Part shown: piece by piece, positions 1-15,197 of the stretch
How positions within the stretch are numbered: the first letter of the stretch is position 1
Layout: every line of letters starts with the position of its first letter
Assembly: GCF_037042905.1 (NCBI RefSeq)
Contig: NC_087245.1
Coordinates: 18,972,001-19,036,000 of the forward strand
From: Lytechinus pictus
Lineage: Eukaryota
DNA length: 64,000 nucleotides
Reading direction: 5' to 3'
Notes under the pieces: generated by a model
What the model saw: only the letters and a program-made list of their open reading frames with translations
Databases searched by the model: none
Told to the model about the DNA's origin: nothing
Made by a program: the position numbers and the translations under genes

Positions 1-391
1 GCACCATCCCGAGTTTTCAAATTAGCGCGCTATTTCTGATCCGACAAATTATCCCGATCTGAACAATCTCGAGATTATTTGCAATGGAGACGCAATTATC
101 GCGCTAGTTCGTAGGATTAATCTCGAGATTGCAATCCCAAGTCAACTTGGGATTATTTGCAAAATAGCGGGCTATTTTACAAATCATCGCGCTAATTCGT
201 AGATGCAGACGCACTTGGGATTATTTATTCACTGCGTCAGCCCATAATGCATTGATGCCTTGCTCGAGCAGGAATAGCTCTTCTTGCGATGGTGGAGACG
301 GGGTTTCTTGAATCTCGAGATTAATCGCGAAGAGGGCCGATCGGGCTAAAATCTCGAGATTGAGCAAACCCGGGATGGTGCAGCACCGCCT
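1..391. mobile_element. MITE family A, copy 1 (left terminus cut by window edge); non-autonomous DNA transposon, possibly Harbinger-like
   Basis: Begins GCACCATCCCGAGTTT and ends AAACCCGGGATGGTGCAGCACCGCCT (TIRs). CpG-rich, with the palindrome AATCTCGAGATT at 65, 119, 311 and 350. Near-identical reverse-complement copy at 55069-55468. Confidence 0.9.
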
Positions 392-3199
392 TTTGAGTTC
401 TTTTAGTGCTTTCAGTTTTATAACTACCCTCAGTGTGGAGCTTCAAAGGGAGTTGATCTTTATCTTCTCTCCTCTTTTCAATAAAACACAGAATGTGCTA
501 CGAGGTAGAGAACAAGCACAGGCACAAACCAATAATAATACATTAACTTCTCTGCTAAACCAATCTATGACTTCCAATCTTATGAAAGCAGGGACTCTCA
601 TCTTATAAACACTTCAATTACCGATTGCGTCTTGAGAGATGTCTGATCATTTACCAGTTTGCTGTTTTGAAACACACAGGACGGAATCCTTATCCTTTTT
701 TCTTAGGTATAAAATTAGTCCACTCTTATATCATAAAATGGTATTTTGTCAAAGAGGGGTTTTCGCCTGCCAAACGCGAGTCTCCAAGGGAACCTAGTAT
801 TAAATTTGATGGGGTCGGGAGATTCAAATCTAACATAAGGGGTGCATGCTTAGAGCTATCTTCAGCAAGCTTTCACTACGGTTTCAAACTAATGCATAGA
901 ATTTAACTGTTACTAAATCTGTCTATTAGAGCACTTCCGATACCCAGCAAACAAGATGGCATCTTATACTTTATTACAAAAAACGATGATCTGGTTGGCA
1001 TTTACCCTCAACTTGTAAAAAGAAAATTGTATCACCTGTTTATCTATACAAAACCACATTTGAAGGACAAGACCTATATTTTCTCAACTTCCCTCAACAA
1101 CAGCATAACAAATTAAGCAAGCCACCTAAAGGGTTCTCTTATCATGTTCTTCAAAACTTTAAAAGATGTGTCAGGAATGATGTCACATTTGGCGATGGTT
1201 GCCATGGCAATGCCCCAAACCGCAACAAATGTTCTTTGGGGGGCTAGCGTCAGAGTAGGGTGGTGCCGGGGAATGAGAAGTGGCAGGCAACCGCTTACCG
1301 CATGACACATGTTGCAATTGCGCATGTATATCCAGTATGGGTCATTAATGACTCCACCGACTGGAATTCATGTTCATTTACAACACAGAACAAATCACTA
1401 CTAAGAATCTTGTCCAACATCCCCCTAAATAAACAAATCTATTTCATTCTATTTCACTTCTGCTGTTGAAGCCCTTTCTACAGTAGATATCAACCTAGTT
1501 TTATTCAATTGTATTCCATCATACAATAATAATAAGTATTCATATTGCACCATCTTTGTTTCGGGGGGGGGGGGGGGCTAGAGTCAATTTTGTTGGCTAT
1601 TAGCAATTTGAGTGACGTGACTGCTCTTACATGACAAACTCCACAGATAGTGGAAATTACATTGTATGCATATAAGCTTAGAAACATTGTTACAACATGA
1701 TATGCGTATATAAAACATTATTTTTATCATTACAGTTGTCATCATTATTTTGATTACCACTATTGTCATAAAGAAACTCACAATTTTGCAAAAAAACATG
1801 AAGAATTCACATTTCTGTGATTTCTTATAATTTCAAAGTCCAACTATAGCATTAATTAAAAATTTTGCTGGCATATGGGTTCACACTAATAATTGTAATT
1901 GGTGCAAATTAGAAAGTGATATACAGTTCTGTGTTACACATGATCTTACAGATAAATAGGGCTGTAACTTATCTTCATAATGAAGGCCTACATTGCATCT
2001 GATAATGGCATTTGGGAAAACACATTGCCCCAACAGAGCTCACATTACGGCTAAATGCAGGCATTAAAATCAGCGTGCAACAAGATGGTACATGGGGCGA
2101 ACATTACACCTGCGCCAAACACATGTAACTTAATATTGAACATGTATCAACTTGAATTAAGGCATGGGATAAAACGATGTTCCCGCCGATGTCCTTTGAA
2201 TGACCTTATGATACCTTGCCATAGCTTTCAGCCTACGTACATTTCACATATAGAATCCGAGCTCAAATGCTTTCTGTGCGAAGAAAATGCTTAACATGAT
2301 TCACTATCTGGGGGATATTATAGTAGAACATACTGCAGAACAAACGTAGTCAATATTTCACATAAAATATTGGGACATCTTATGAAGAGAAGACTTTGTA
2401 TGGATAATTAACGGATGTGTAATTTCAGGGAAAGTAATCAGTGCAAAAGAAGCTTCTCATTGGTTCTTGCTGATTCAAGTGTCCCATCAGTAACAAGTAT
2501 TATCTAATAATCCTCACATCTTCATTCTTGGATGAAGTAACAGAACCTAGAATTTGTTAATCTGAACTGACTGATATTCCAAAATCACAAGAGCTGAATT
2601 ATTCCTTTCAAAGAAGAATCTATATTTTTTTATCGAAGTACTACACTGCTTTTGATGAGTAGAAGTATGTCTATGAATAAATACAATGCCTACCAGTGCT
2701 GAGAGCACATCCCATCTTAATTCTGGTGATGGCTATTCATCATATAAAATTTCGTAGAAAAAAAAAACCCTCATGTGTATGACCACCCCCCTCCCCCCCC
2801 CCCCCCAAAAAAAAAAAAAAAAAACACTGGAAAATCTGTGTAAAATTTTCAGTAAATCATCAAGGAAAAAAAAGAGAAGAACACTCATATCTTTCCTTTT
2901 TTTTGTCTAATATATTTTCCTATAATTTCCTCATATTTCTGCTGATCATATATACTTACAAATGTATCTCAATTCTAATAGGCCTATTAATAATTTCCAA
3001 GAATGTGTTTCAAACACTCTTGTGTAATGTAGATTTAACACTAGCTAAGTACCCCAAGATTGAAATTATAATTTGAATAACATACTAGTAACAATACATC
3101 CTCCAGATGAATAAGAGCTAGCAGCTACACACTAGAAATCCTGAAATAAATCTTCTAGTTTAAGGAAAGATGGATTTGTGATGGTGTGAGACCCCTTAG

Positions 3200-5477
3200 G
3201 GGCATTTTCACGGTAACTAACGTTACACGGCACAATTTTGCACACCTTTCATTGTGTGTATCTCTAAAACAACATATGATGGGAGTTTGCTTTTGATAGA
3301 GTTGATAAAGTGAACCTTGCTGAATACTCTGATACTAAGTTTTTCAATGTAACCACATTTGTTACGCATCAGCAAGCAAAATTGTGTCGGTAACTGACAT
3401 TACGCAAAAAGGGCATGCAATTTCAGGGTATTCAGTAAAATTGAAATATCTCATGTCCCTGAGTAGATAGAGTAATAATTTGAATGTGTAAATATCCCTT
3501 CATTACTAGGTTAAGATGTGTCAAAATATTAAATAATTTGTTTTTGTGTTTTGAGGGCTATGATAATTTTTCCACGACCATGCTGGTAACTGACATTATG
3601 GTAACTGACGTTACACTTAATTTGCCATAGAGATAACACATGGAAGTCAAATATGTGGAATCATTGCATTGTATCTTCTGTGCAGGGCTTCACATGAAAG
3701 TGAGCTTGATGTGGAAGTATACCTGAGTTTCTGGGAACATTTCAATGAATTTTTTTTTTCTTTTTCTTAATTCCTTTTCTTTGATTTGAACATTTTATTA
3801 TTACTTATCAGTAACTGACATTACAAATTAACATTTACCAGTACCATATGTTTTCCAAAGGCATAATTTTCTTGGTACTTATATATAAGGCTTTTTAAAA
3901 TCATAAAAGTTTCATAATATTTCACATTTTAAATCATCAAAAGATAAGAAGAGGATAAGGGGGAGGTCATTGCAGCTACATGTATTCCTATAGTAATTTG
4001 ATATTGCATTGATTACACATGGATTTTTCTGACTATACACCCATTTACATATATTCATTAGTTTTATATTGACTTTTTAAACCTTTTCCTTCTCCAACTT
4101 CCCCCTCCCCTAAAAAAAAAGGCAAAATGAATAAGGGTCTCCTCCCATAGGCTACCCCTTCCCCCAAATCTCATGTAGCCATGCAGTTTTACTGCTTTAT
4201 ATTCTGGTCAGTGCAAGTAATGCTTGTTCATATCTGTCGGATTTACATTTTCTTCATAATTTTTTTAATCATTCTCTTTGCCAATTTCTTTTTTAAGCTG
4301 TCAACTAAAAATAAATTCCAGCTTCTAAACTGAAACTGAACTATTTGTAAATTAGAAAAAAACACCACAGTTTTAGTAGATCCATGCAACGTTGATCAGA
4401 ACTGTCAAATTTCACCCTTCATCTATACTTGTAAACCAAAAACAAAAATTATATCACACATCTACACAACTAACGGGTCTAAAAACCAGGAATTTACTTT
4501 TAGCTTGGCCGTGCTCAAAAGAATCCTAGAAACTGAAAAAGGGGCCCTGGAAACCCCCTTTCATCACAATGTTAAGCATATTAAATGTTGCAGATTTAGG
4601 CAGTAGGTTGGAAAAAGTACCCCTCCCCCGAAAATAAAATATATATTTGTCTGATACAAACAACTACATGTAGGTACTTGGTAAGTACATGTACATATGC
4701 AATTTCACAGTATTTTTTTTGCCTGATGGGAACGCAACTTCCTTCATAATTTTATGTAGTATTCCTTGTGAACGATACCTTTTAAAAGTCAATACCAAGC
4801 TCCTTTTGGTGTGATTTAACTAAGTGAAAGACTTAAATAACAAGTATACAATATTTCTTCACCATAAAATTTACCACATTAGCATATCACTATTGCTAAC
4901 CAACGTTTTATCATGGTAACTGACATTACATTTTCCACTTGGTAACTGACGTTACACATATTCAATGGTACCCTATGGCTTGATTGTTCATTGATTATTT
5001 TTAATTTTGGTGTAGAAGGGAGGGGTGTTACCTAAGGAGGAAATCTACCAAGTTTCATATAATATATCCTCTTTTCTGGGAAATGAGAAAAAAAAGTTCA
5101 TGTTTTTGGTAACTGACGTTACATACCATATTACATACTTCATCAATATATTTTAAACAGATAAATGAATTACTGGTGTTTCTTTCTATGGGATTTTATA
5201 AAGTGTTATTGTAGCAAACTAAATCTCAGGGGAAAGCATCATGATCAAACCTGTTCTTTAAAAATCTGTCAAAACAAAATATGTATCAATATACAATTTT
5301 TAACACTAATTTGTATCCATATTTTTTGGTGGCCATTTTGAAATAGAAAATGGTTGCCAGAGTCAGAAAAAAAATTGTCCCAGAAACTTCAGGTCTTGTA
5401 TTATTAAAAACATAAAGCATTTGACATGAATATCAATTTGATTTGTTTGCCTGTGTCCATCAGTGGTGAAAATGCCC
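3200..5477. mobile_element. Non-autonomous Sola2-like DNA transposon (element S1)
   Basis: 12-bp TIR GGGCATTTTCAC...GTGAAAATGCCC. 4-bp TSD TTAG at 3196-3199 and 5478-5481. Eight copies of GTAACTGAC(G/A)TTAC, two with one mismatch, at 3213, 3390, 3586, 3601, 3811, 4916, 4942 and 5109. No ORF. Superfamily inferred from GGG termini, 4-bp TSD and shared architecture with the element at 55782. Confidence 0.85.
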
Positions 5478-8400
5478 TTAGGGGTGTTCTATATCAGCCT
5501 GATTTTTCAAATTTTCCCACTTTTCCTAATCCAATACTAACCCAACAATAGAAGTTCAGGATTAGACTGAATGTCTAATCATGAAGGCAAAGACAGAATG
5601 TGCAAAGAAAGAATGTGCAGTTTTTAATTGGTCTCAAAATTACAATCCAACCAATGTAAATGTTGTTTTTCAAATAAAGTTGCAATATTTAGCAAATTAC
5701 TCACATATTTCACAGGTGAAGATGGGATGGTTTGGCTTGGGATTATTTACTCATGAAACCAGACGAATGAATATTGTCCAACAAAATTATGTGCACAGCA
5801 TGCATGCTGTATGGCCCCAAAGTCACTCACATTCCATGCTCAGGCAAGGATTGCCCCATTCAGGATGATCAAAACATTACAGATTTGCTTGAATCAAACT
5901 TTTTCTCTAAATCAAGCAAACTTAGACTGATGGAGAACCAACTCTTGAGAAAAGAAAATTTGTTTGCGGTAAGAAGCCTGGAAGGCTCTCCTCTCTTGAG
6001 ATTATGGAAGAAAAGTCAAACAGCCAACCTACATCTTGGTAGATTCAACAGCTTTAAGGAACATATCTAAAAAAACGTCACAATATGAAATTAAAATTCT
6101 CCACTGATTAATAAGATTAGAACTAAAATGCAATTTCCTTGAAATATCCACCTAAAGAGAAGATGGGGAAAAGCCCACAAGTGAGAAGAAATGACGGTCA
6201 TCAAGACTCAAATTGGGATAATTCAAACATTACATCACCACTCAGTTTGTAAGAGAACAAAATGCTTTCTTTAGTGTAAACCTATAAAACTAGGTACATG
6301 TTCAATCTGGAGGTTTGGAGGGCTGTGTATGCAACAGCAAGTCGAAAAACAATTTTGCTTCAATGATTTCTAATTATAAAATCACTTCCATCAGCCTCAA
6401 TATCACCATCCCCCTCCTTCTTGGCTGTTTTCATCTTTGTTTCTACTTGTCTGCTTCTCATGTTTCTCTCTCTTTCTCTCGTTTAAATCAATACTCAGGC
6501 AACATCTATCATGAGAACATACATGCAATTGAAATATGATATAAGCTGAACATGAACTCACACTTTGAAGAACTTTTTTTTTTTACCAAAGCTCAGCTTC
6601 ATAAAGAAAACATGCAAGACAGGAAGGGTGGTATGTTTTCTTCACTCCTACACACTAACTACTTCACTATTAAATTGTTCTACAAATTCTATATTGTCTT
6701 GAGATAAAATAAAAATATATGGAATGTCAAGGTTGTACTGAATAATTTCCTAACTTTCAGGAAACTCTTCTATTTTATCCACATACCAATTTGCAGCACA
6801 TTTATATTTATAACTTTATAAATTTATAGTTCCCCCCCTGAAAACCATCTTCTTGTCCAGACAAACCCAGATCGTAAATACACCTTTTTTATTACGATCA
6901 ACCTTAGTAATCACCATGATTGGAATTTAAAAGAAAATATGAAAGGATGCAAACCTGTTTTGAACTACACATGTATTAAAATCCAGATTTTTTTCCAATA
7001 AATGGGAAATATTAACATATACCCTTAACCATTCCTCACTGCAACTAAACAAGTATCAAAAGCCTGATTTTTCAGTCTTCAAATAGAAGCATATATGTAT
7101 CCTAAATCATTTTGCGTGACAGCCTGACTTTGACTTCATATTAAAAAAAATAAAAAATAAAAAACCCACATTGGACCTTAAAACATACGTGTGGTGTTAA
7201 AGTGGCCTGGATATAGGTCAAGTGTATGGATAACCCAATGTCACATGGGTGTATTTTTACCTTTAAGTGACAATGCCTGTATCAATTAACCTTTGGGTAT
7301 TACATGTCTGGAGTCAACAGGCACATCCCTACACCTGGTATGCAAATATATGCTAGACAGGTGAATCTTAGGGGACCGTTCTCACTGCCAGTACTCCACA
7401 GAGATTGTCAAGTAAGCATTATGCTACGGTGAAGTGCGGAATCATCTCCCAACATCAGAGTATTAGACATTTACGTAGGATATAGGATCCAGTATATGTT
7501 GCAAATAATTTTGTTGGAAGGAAAGCTATGCTCAAGCCCCCCCCCCCCTTCCCCCCAAATTGAAAATAATAAATTAAAACTGGTGATCATGTGCAATTCA
7601 ATCGGGTACAATACAGTGTATATATTATAGAGGTATAAACTGTCATAATATGTATTATTTTTTTCTAGTTAAGAGTCAAGTAATAGAAAACCATAAATAT
7701 CATGATTTGATATAATTCACATATGAAAATTCTGGTTAAGATAATGGTACAACAAGGATCTCAACATCTTGACAGGGTCTTGCGTAGGCCTACTTAAAAA
7801 AAATCTAATCTCTTAACTTTATAGAGGCATATCATTAAAAAATTAAATATGAAATTAAAATCTTTTCCAATTTCTAAATCCATATAATTCAAATATTGTT
7901 CATGTAAAATACACATTAATCTAAATGTTTTTGCATGTGTGCAGTGACTGTTCACATCAATTTTTCTTTAAATCTGCCAACAGAGGGCTCACTTTGACTT
8001 CAATCTATGAGGGAGACCACAACTTCATTTGACACCAGTCCTAGATGACTTTTGAAGGCTCCTTTTCATATGAAATATTTCATCTAATGAATTTACAGAG
8101 GATATGCTTTCTCATTGGAAAAAGAGCATTTTTTAGTTTGTTGGCTTAAATGAACAGATTTTTATTAACAATATTTATTAAGGTTTTGAAGATTTCAAAA
8201 CCATTAACCACAAATACTGTTCATTAACCACATAATACTGTGCAATTTGTAGGCAAGGGGAGAGGCATAGCAAATGCATTAAAACAACAGTATTTAGCAA
8301 TAGGTACCCCTGCTTAACCATATAGAAACACATTACAAAAACTGATGATAAAAATGGGTCTTGTACACTAAAAGCACTTCTCTGCCATATTTGGTAATAT

Positions 8401-11400
8401 ATAGAGATAGTTTCTCCTTCAAAAGAAGCAAGAATTGGGGCATTTATTGTTTATTGCCAGACAGCACAATGGAATTAGGCCCATTTTATCATAAAAATAA
8501 TCAAGAGGATGAAAATATCACCTTCAACAAAAGACATCATGCCATGAATCAAGCGACCGATCTCATTCTAAAAAGTCACAAGTGCAAGCATACAACTGTT
8601 TGGAGAAAGACCTAATAAATAACCGAGCAGAAATAAATTGACTTTGTGTTAAGACAGGATGAAATCGATAGCTTGGCCTCTGATTCTGTCAGAAAATATG
8701 TACACTTAACTCACAAATGACTACATTTCAATTAATTTTGTAGTGTGTGTTAAACATAGAATTTGAAGATTTTTTTTCTTTCAAATAAGTAATGACCCTT
8801 GTTACATTCAATTGTTCTACCCCCTTGTAAAAAATGTGATATTGCAATTCTAGCATTACTTCTCTACTGTGAAATTGACATTATCAAATACCGGTAATTT
8901 TACTATCATAATTCATTTAGTATAATTTATCTATCCTTTTCAATACCTGGCATTCATTGATAATGAAGATGAAAATCATCATATAGCAGCAACTTCATAA
9001 TTCCACGAAAACATGTTTAATGGGAAAATATCGTGAACCGAGGCGAAGGATTCCCATTTTCTCTCTAAATTCATAGATTATTATAATACATCATTCAGCC
9101 AGATCTGGTACTCCATTTATAGCTAATTTCTTCCCAATTTTGCCCCCTTTTTATGAATGGGCCAAGACAAATGAGACAGAAAGTGCAAAGGGGTTCGCTC
9201 TGTACTCGTCTGACATCGCCATCGGCGTAAATGATGGGCAAATAAAATTGGGAAAACGACATTGCCAGGATAAGAAAATGGGTTGTGTTATGACCGTACA
9301 AGATACGAAAATAAACTCATGATACTGTCTGATTTTTTTTTTCTTTCATTTTCCCCCCTTTTTTTTTAAACTCAGAAGGGCGATGTCCTATGAGGCTCAT
9401 GAGGTATTCGGTTGGGTGGGTAGCAGAGATGAGAGAAAGAAAGCGATGAAGAGACAGAGAGAGAGAGAAGATGGAGGAAAGTTCATGTGAACCCATAGCC
9501 ACTATAATTGTAGCCATCTTTACATAGACTCTCTAAACAGGCTCTGAATTATATGATTTACTGAGAGGAACCTAGGGGGAAAATTGCAGATAAGAGGCCA
9601 GATATGAAAAAAAATGTTTATTTCTCATACAAAAATATCCTACAGCATCTTCATCACAGTTCCTATGTACATTCAATTAATTTTCAATCAAAATTTCAAT
9701 AGTATACTGGTTATGTTTCTATGTTACTGATTCTGAAATAGCTTGTTTTTTGTTTTCTTCAAAAGGGAAATAACGATTAATTCCCACTAGAGGTTATATA
9801 AATCTTACTGAAAACAGTTTTTCATAGTTTCTAAAGAATTTCTTATTATTTTGAATTAAAAAAGGTCTTAAATAAAAACAGAATAAAGAGAAGAGATAAA
9901 TGATTAAATCTATTGAATAAAATAAATATCGAAGATACAGTAAAAATGCAGTTCATTGCTCTCTAACTTTATTACTCTTGTTGACCTTAACCAAGTATTA
10001 AGCCTTCCCAAGAACGCAGTATTTGGTGGATTAAACGTATCAGCAATTCTACAAATCTTATCCTATCTCAAAAAGATTTGTACCGATAAGGATTAAACTC
10101 TGTGTCATTAAACTTGCTCATATCCTCTGGAACTAATGATTTCTTCCCTTTCTCTAGTCATAGAGTAAGACATTCATGTTCTTCAAAAAACATAATGTTA
10201 TCAGCAAAAAAACCCTCTCTATTAAAATAATATTAAATGTTCTTTAGTCAAACAAACGACTTATGCACACTTTTATGTGCATCATGGTCAAAATATATGG
10301 ACAAAATCTGAATATAATTATCTGTACTGGGTGTTTTAAATCATGCACAATTGTCTACATGATGTATCTGTGCAGTATCACAGCAAATTGTACCAAGTGC
10401 CAAAATCGGCCCCATTCCCAACAGGCTCTAGTAAACAATTTGCTGCGCAATAAATTGAATAATGATCATAATTTTCTTGTATACCACCTTTCTTCAATAT
10501 AAAACAAAGGGAAGTAACATGCAATGAAAATAAATCCAGGTTACTCGGTTTTGTAGAACAAAGTGCAGGACTAATGATAACAAAATTAATGACAGATACA
10601 CAATAATAATAAAACAATTACATTGGATGGGTTTTCCACATGGGATACCTAAAATCATTAAGGCTAATATGGCACAAATCATGATATTGGCCTTATCCTT
10701 GATATGTGCAATATTTACGGTAGCCATTACGTATCTTACTAAGCATTATTTTGGTTTGACCCAGGAATAATAGGTCCATTTGAAATGAACACAATCTAAA
10801 AATCGAATCCTGATTGAGATCTCCTTTCAATTAAAAAGAATTTTCAAAGAAAATTCTTCAGAATGACTTTTCAAATTGCGCCATTTTGAACATATCACAC
10901 TTGTGTTTTAAAAGGTGTTTAGTACAACAGAAGAAAATTGCTTGAAAGCGAAAATGGCTTTAACTTTACATCATTAACAACTACAGTAACAGAAGTGTTG
11001 ACTGGACTGTGCCTATATGTGACAGACAACTTTGTAAAATTCTTTATCCAATATCGTCTGAAAAAATGAGGCAATGTATGTGCATTCCTCTGAAAAACCT
11101 CATATAAGAGTTCTGTGTCATATCTATGATTTCATCTGAGACATGCCTTTATTTGTCCTCAATTTCAAATCACATGACAAAATTTTCTACATATTTTTAA
11201 AGGACTCTCGCCTCTTCTTCTTTCCTGTACTTCCCCCTCCAGAGTCCCGGCCAACTTCCCTCTCTCATTCTCACATCCTCTTCTTTTATCTGAAGAAGAC
11301 AAAACGAACAAAAACTTTGACATCAGGGCTCTAACTCGCCAATCTAAACAAAGTTTAAAATTAGCCCTATCGACCTTTAATCATGCGGGGATAGGGGGAG

Positions 11401-12309
11401 AAAGGGGCTGCACAAAGGGGTGACGATACACAGAAAAAAAAAGCAAAAAGATCAATTTTGTCACTTCAAACACGAAAATCTGACAAAGTTGAGCTGAATA
11501 AAGAGAGGAGAGAGGGAATACTAAGCTGCTATTTCCTGTACAACTGATTCATCACGGAACACACGACTCTGCAAAATTATCTGCCTCATAAAATTAAAAT
11601 CAGTGACATTGAGGTTCTAGTCTACAACTAGACGTGGACTAGACATGGACTTGAAACATACATATGATTCTATACATGAAAAGTACTTGATGTCTAAAAT
11701 AACACAGCTTTGGACAGAAAGGCATATCAAGAGGTAGAAAGGTGTTGTGGAAATTTAAAAAAGTTTTTAAAAAATGATTGATAACTAGTTACTTTTTGAG
11801 GACTTTATTAACTTAAATTACATTTTCATAATAAAAAGTCACCAACTTGAGACTTATTCTCAGGACAATATTGCCCCTCCAACACCTAGTCTATTTTTCC
11901 ACACAATTCCTGGATCTGGAGTAATTCTTCTCTACAGGACTTACAATGCTCAAATGATCCATATAAAGTCTGAATCGATGAGACTATGCCAGGATCAAGG
12001 GGAGGAGGTAGACAAGGGACACCCTCCTTACTTGGATAAAATGATGTAAGACTACACAATCCGATCTACCATCCCCAAACTGATACAAAAATGGAGAATG
12101 ATATGGGCATTCCACCAAAATACTGTAAATACCAGGCCCAAATATCATAGAGACTCACAAATATCCTTACAACTTTGCAGTATCGGTGAGTACCATGGAA
12201 ATCTTAAATTTGTTCTGGTACTGAGCCCTGTATGATTACAACAATGGTGAAGTTTTAAGTTAATGGTCAGTTTATAAAATAGGCCCCGGAATCATTCATA
12301 TCATTACAA

Positions 12310-12581
12310 TTTTCTTTTCCAATCTTGAACCATTCCAATTCTTGAGACCGTCATATCGTTCTGTGCAAACCTTGCGTGTGACCTGCGGGTAACTATTTTT
12401 GCTACCAGCAGGTCGCCCGCATTGACAATATCCAACACGTATCGCACATGCAGTTGCCCGCAGAAGCGCACGCAAGTCTGATTTGCACGCAGAAAAGTTT
12501 TGAACATGCTCAAAACGTTGTTGATGGTGAGTTTCAAGCAATCACCAGCAAGGCTTACACGGAACGATGTGACAGGGCCTT
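12310..12581. mobile_element. CpG-rich MITE fragment (one terminus visible)
   Basis: Abrupt CpG-rich block ending GGAACGATGTGACAGGGCCT, with an internal inverted echo GTCATATCGTTC at ~12350. The other terminus was not found. Confidence 0.45.
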
Positions 12582-13663
12582 AACATGATTTTTTCATGTA
12601 TTCTATTGAATCGTACCTACAAAATTAAAGGTGAAAGAATGGTCTTTTCTTTTATTTCATTTATTGATTCTATATGCAAATGAGATGATGAGAGGGATGA
12701 AATTTGTTACAGGGGCAGTTTTGGATATCGTGCACAATTTTTTGAAGAATTTGCAAGTAACCCCCTCAAATCACAAATTTTTAAAGCAATAAAAGAAATA
12801 AAAATAAATATAGCATGAAAAAGGGTTAAATTTACCACATACACTAAGAAATTTCAAATGATTGTTATGTGGTTGAAAATGCAACAAGATTATTTATAAA
12901 AATATCACTTTTCACTTTTGTGGATTTTTTTTACGGGCATCCATCACAATTAAACCAAACTGCTTCCATTATAAACGATTCATTCTCACAATAAAATAAC
13001 GCTTACCGGTACAAACTGGTGCTGGTAGAAAGCAGCTTAACCGTTTAATCTTGATTTTCAGGAGTGGTTCTAGTTATGCTTCCACATGTAACATCAACAT
13101 TATGAACTATTAAAATGTGTACTTTTTATCGCAGCGCACATGTCAGAGATATGACGGGGACCGGATATTTGGCTTTAGATGGGTGCCTTACAATCTTAAA
13201 CTGTAGGCCCTAATCTTAAAAACAGGATTAAAAGGAGAACAAAATAAATAGCAATGTTGAAATCTTTAAACCATGATTTAAAATTTTGAAAAATCCCAAG
13301 GATCCATTCTATATTTAGGATAAAAGAAAGCAGATTTTGTCTTATTTTAATGCCAAAGACGTCATACCACTTCAAGGAAATTACACCAGTGCAATACGTC
13401 TTTTCATCAACCAACCTATCCTCCAGAAAAAAGTTGAACTTAACGTACTTTCTTGGTATTTGTCGAGTCAAGGGTCAAATAACTTCCTACACTAACTTGA
13501 TATTAATCATATCATGCCCAAGAATATGAATTATTCAGTTCATGGACAATACACATTCATAATCTACCTTCAACTTCAAACAGTAGATACAAAATGGTAC
13601 CCCCCACCTCTCCCCATCATCCACTGCCATTAATATTTCTTGTTCAAAATCTTGTACACGTAT

Positions 13664-14161
13664 ATGCTTTTCACACTGCATTTCCTTAACTCCATACTAT
13701 CCTTTAACCCCAGACTATCCTTAAACCCATACTATCTTTCTTTTTTTGCACTGTCTTTCTTAACCCCATAACCCCATAAAATATTTGCTTAGACAGGGTT
13801 AAGGCCTTAACTCTGGACTATCGCACAGCTCATGAATATTGATGATTTTGCCACACAGAACGAGATTAACATGCAACATGCAACTTCTGTGATTGGCTAA
13901 TACTTGGCCCCACTCTTCCTTAGCCCGGTTTCGTTTCACACTGCAGCTCTTAGCACCACAATTAGCTGGCTAACCCTGCTTTTTTGCAGGGCCAGATAGT
14001 ACTGTACTATTTACCATGCTAGCCCTCTTTGCTAAAATGTAGTGTGAAAACGAAGTGGGCTAAGCTTAACCCCTGGAAATTGGTGGGGCTAAGACCCCCC
14101 CCCCCCCTTAGCCCCACCAATTTCCCAGGGTTAAGGAAAATATATATAGTGTGAAAAGCAT
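13664..14161. mobile_element. MITE (Harbinger/Tourist-like)
   Basis: TIR ATGCTTTTCACACT...AGTGTGAAAAGCAT, extended by TTTCCTTAAC...GTTAAGGAAA. Internal repeats of CTTAACCCC/CTTAGCCCC and TTTCACACTGCA. Confidence 0.8.
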
Positions 14162-15197
14162 ATTAGATCTCAACATCAAACGATTACCAACAGATATTGA
14201 TATAATTTAAGAGGCATCCATATTATGGGTACTTTCGTTTCAGAATATTAATCACTTGTGGCTTCATCAATGAATTTTAATCATATGAATTATCGAGAGT
14301 GCCTTTATTTTGTTGTGACCATGTTAAGGGTCCTCAAAATGAGGATTAACTCACAACCAATAAAAAACAATAAGCAGAAAACCTCTGATAATTAAAAACC
14401 TTCATTCATGATACTGCCAATTTCAGCAGAGGTTATAAACTATAATTAATCACTATCAAGTCCTTATGGCACATGAATCATGAAACACTTAAAACAATTA
14501 ATAATAAATAAATGCATCCTTGGAATGGATTCTAATATTTCATTTCCTCTACCCATTTCCCCTCCAGAATAATCCCTGAACTCGATGGAACCCTCGCTAG
14601 CCTTCAAGAGTTCAAACAGTCACATCATACTTTCCACCCTTTTATCCAATTCTCCAAATGTTCCTCGCTCCTCTGGCTTGTTTACGCCATGTTTTTCGGC
14701 GAATGCCTAAATCTTGCCTTACCCAGCCTATCTCAGAATATCAATCACAGACATTTGCGAAAATAAGACGGCAAATCGCAAGTCATTTTGGAGGTAAATC
14801 CACCGAGCCAGTCTCAGGGAATTACCCTTTGAATAAGAGAACATAAGCTGATGGGAGTCCCCACTGCACCTGTTCGTGAGGAGAAGTTCATTCACCCCTC
14901 AACCTATCTGTGCTACTCTCGTTCAGATTACTTCAACCAACAGCCAGAAATTCATTTCAATTCATCATCTTTTGATCAGCCGCATTCATTTTTCCTTGAT
15001 TTCCTATTTGCACATTTGATTAATTTAAAAATTCATTATTTCTTAGAACAATTTATCACATATATGATATTGTTTATCTTTCAATATACTCCACCTTCCA
15101 GTCATGCTGTGATATGATAATAATGATGTAGGGGTGGTTTCACAAAATGATAGGCAGTAGCAACAAGGCTAACGTCATGCCTACGAAAAAACATGAC

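Noticed and set aside
3213-3824. Repeated 14-mers separated by unique sequence, superficially CRISPR-like
   Set aside because: Eukaryotic context, repeats too short, irregular spacing and no cas genes. They lie inside a TIR/TSD-bounded transposon.
11190-11320. Strong minus-strand acceptor followed by a purine-rich Arg/Lys frame
   Set aside because: No convincing donor, the frame closes after 33 codons, and the sequence is low complexity.
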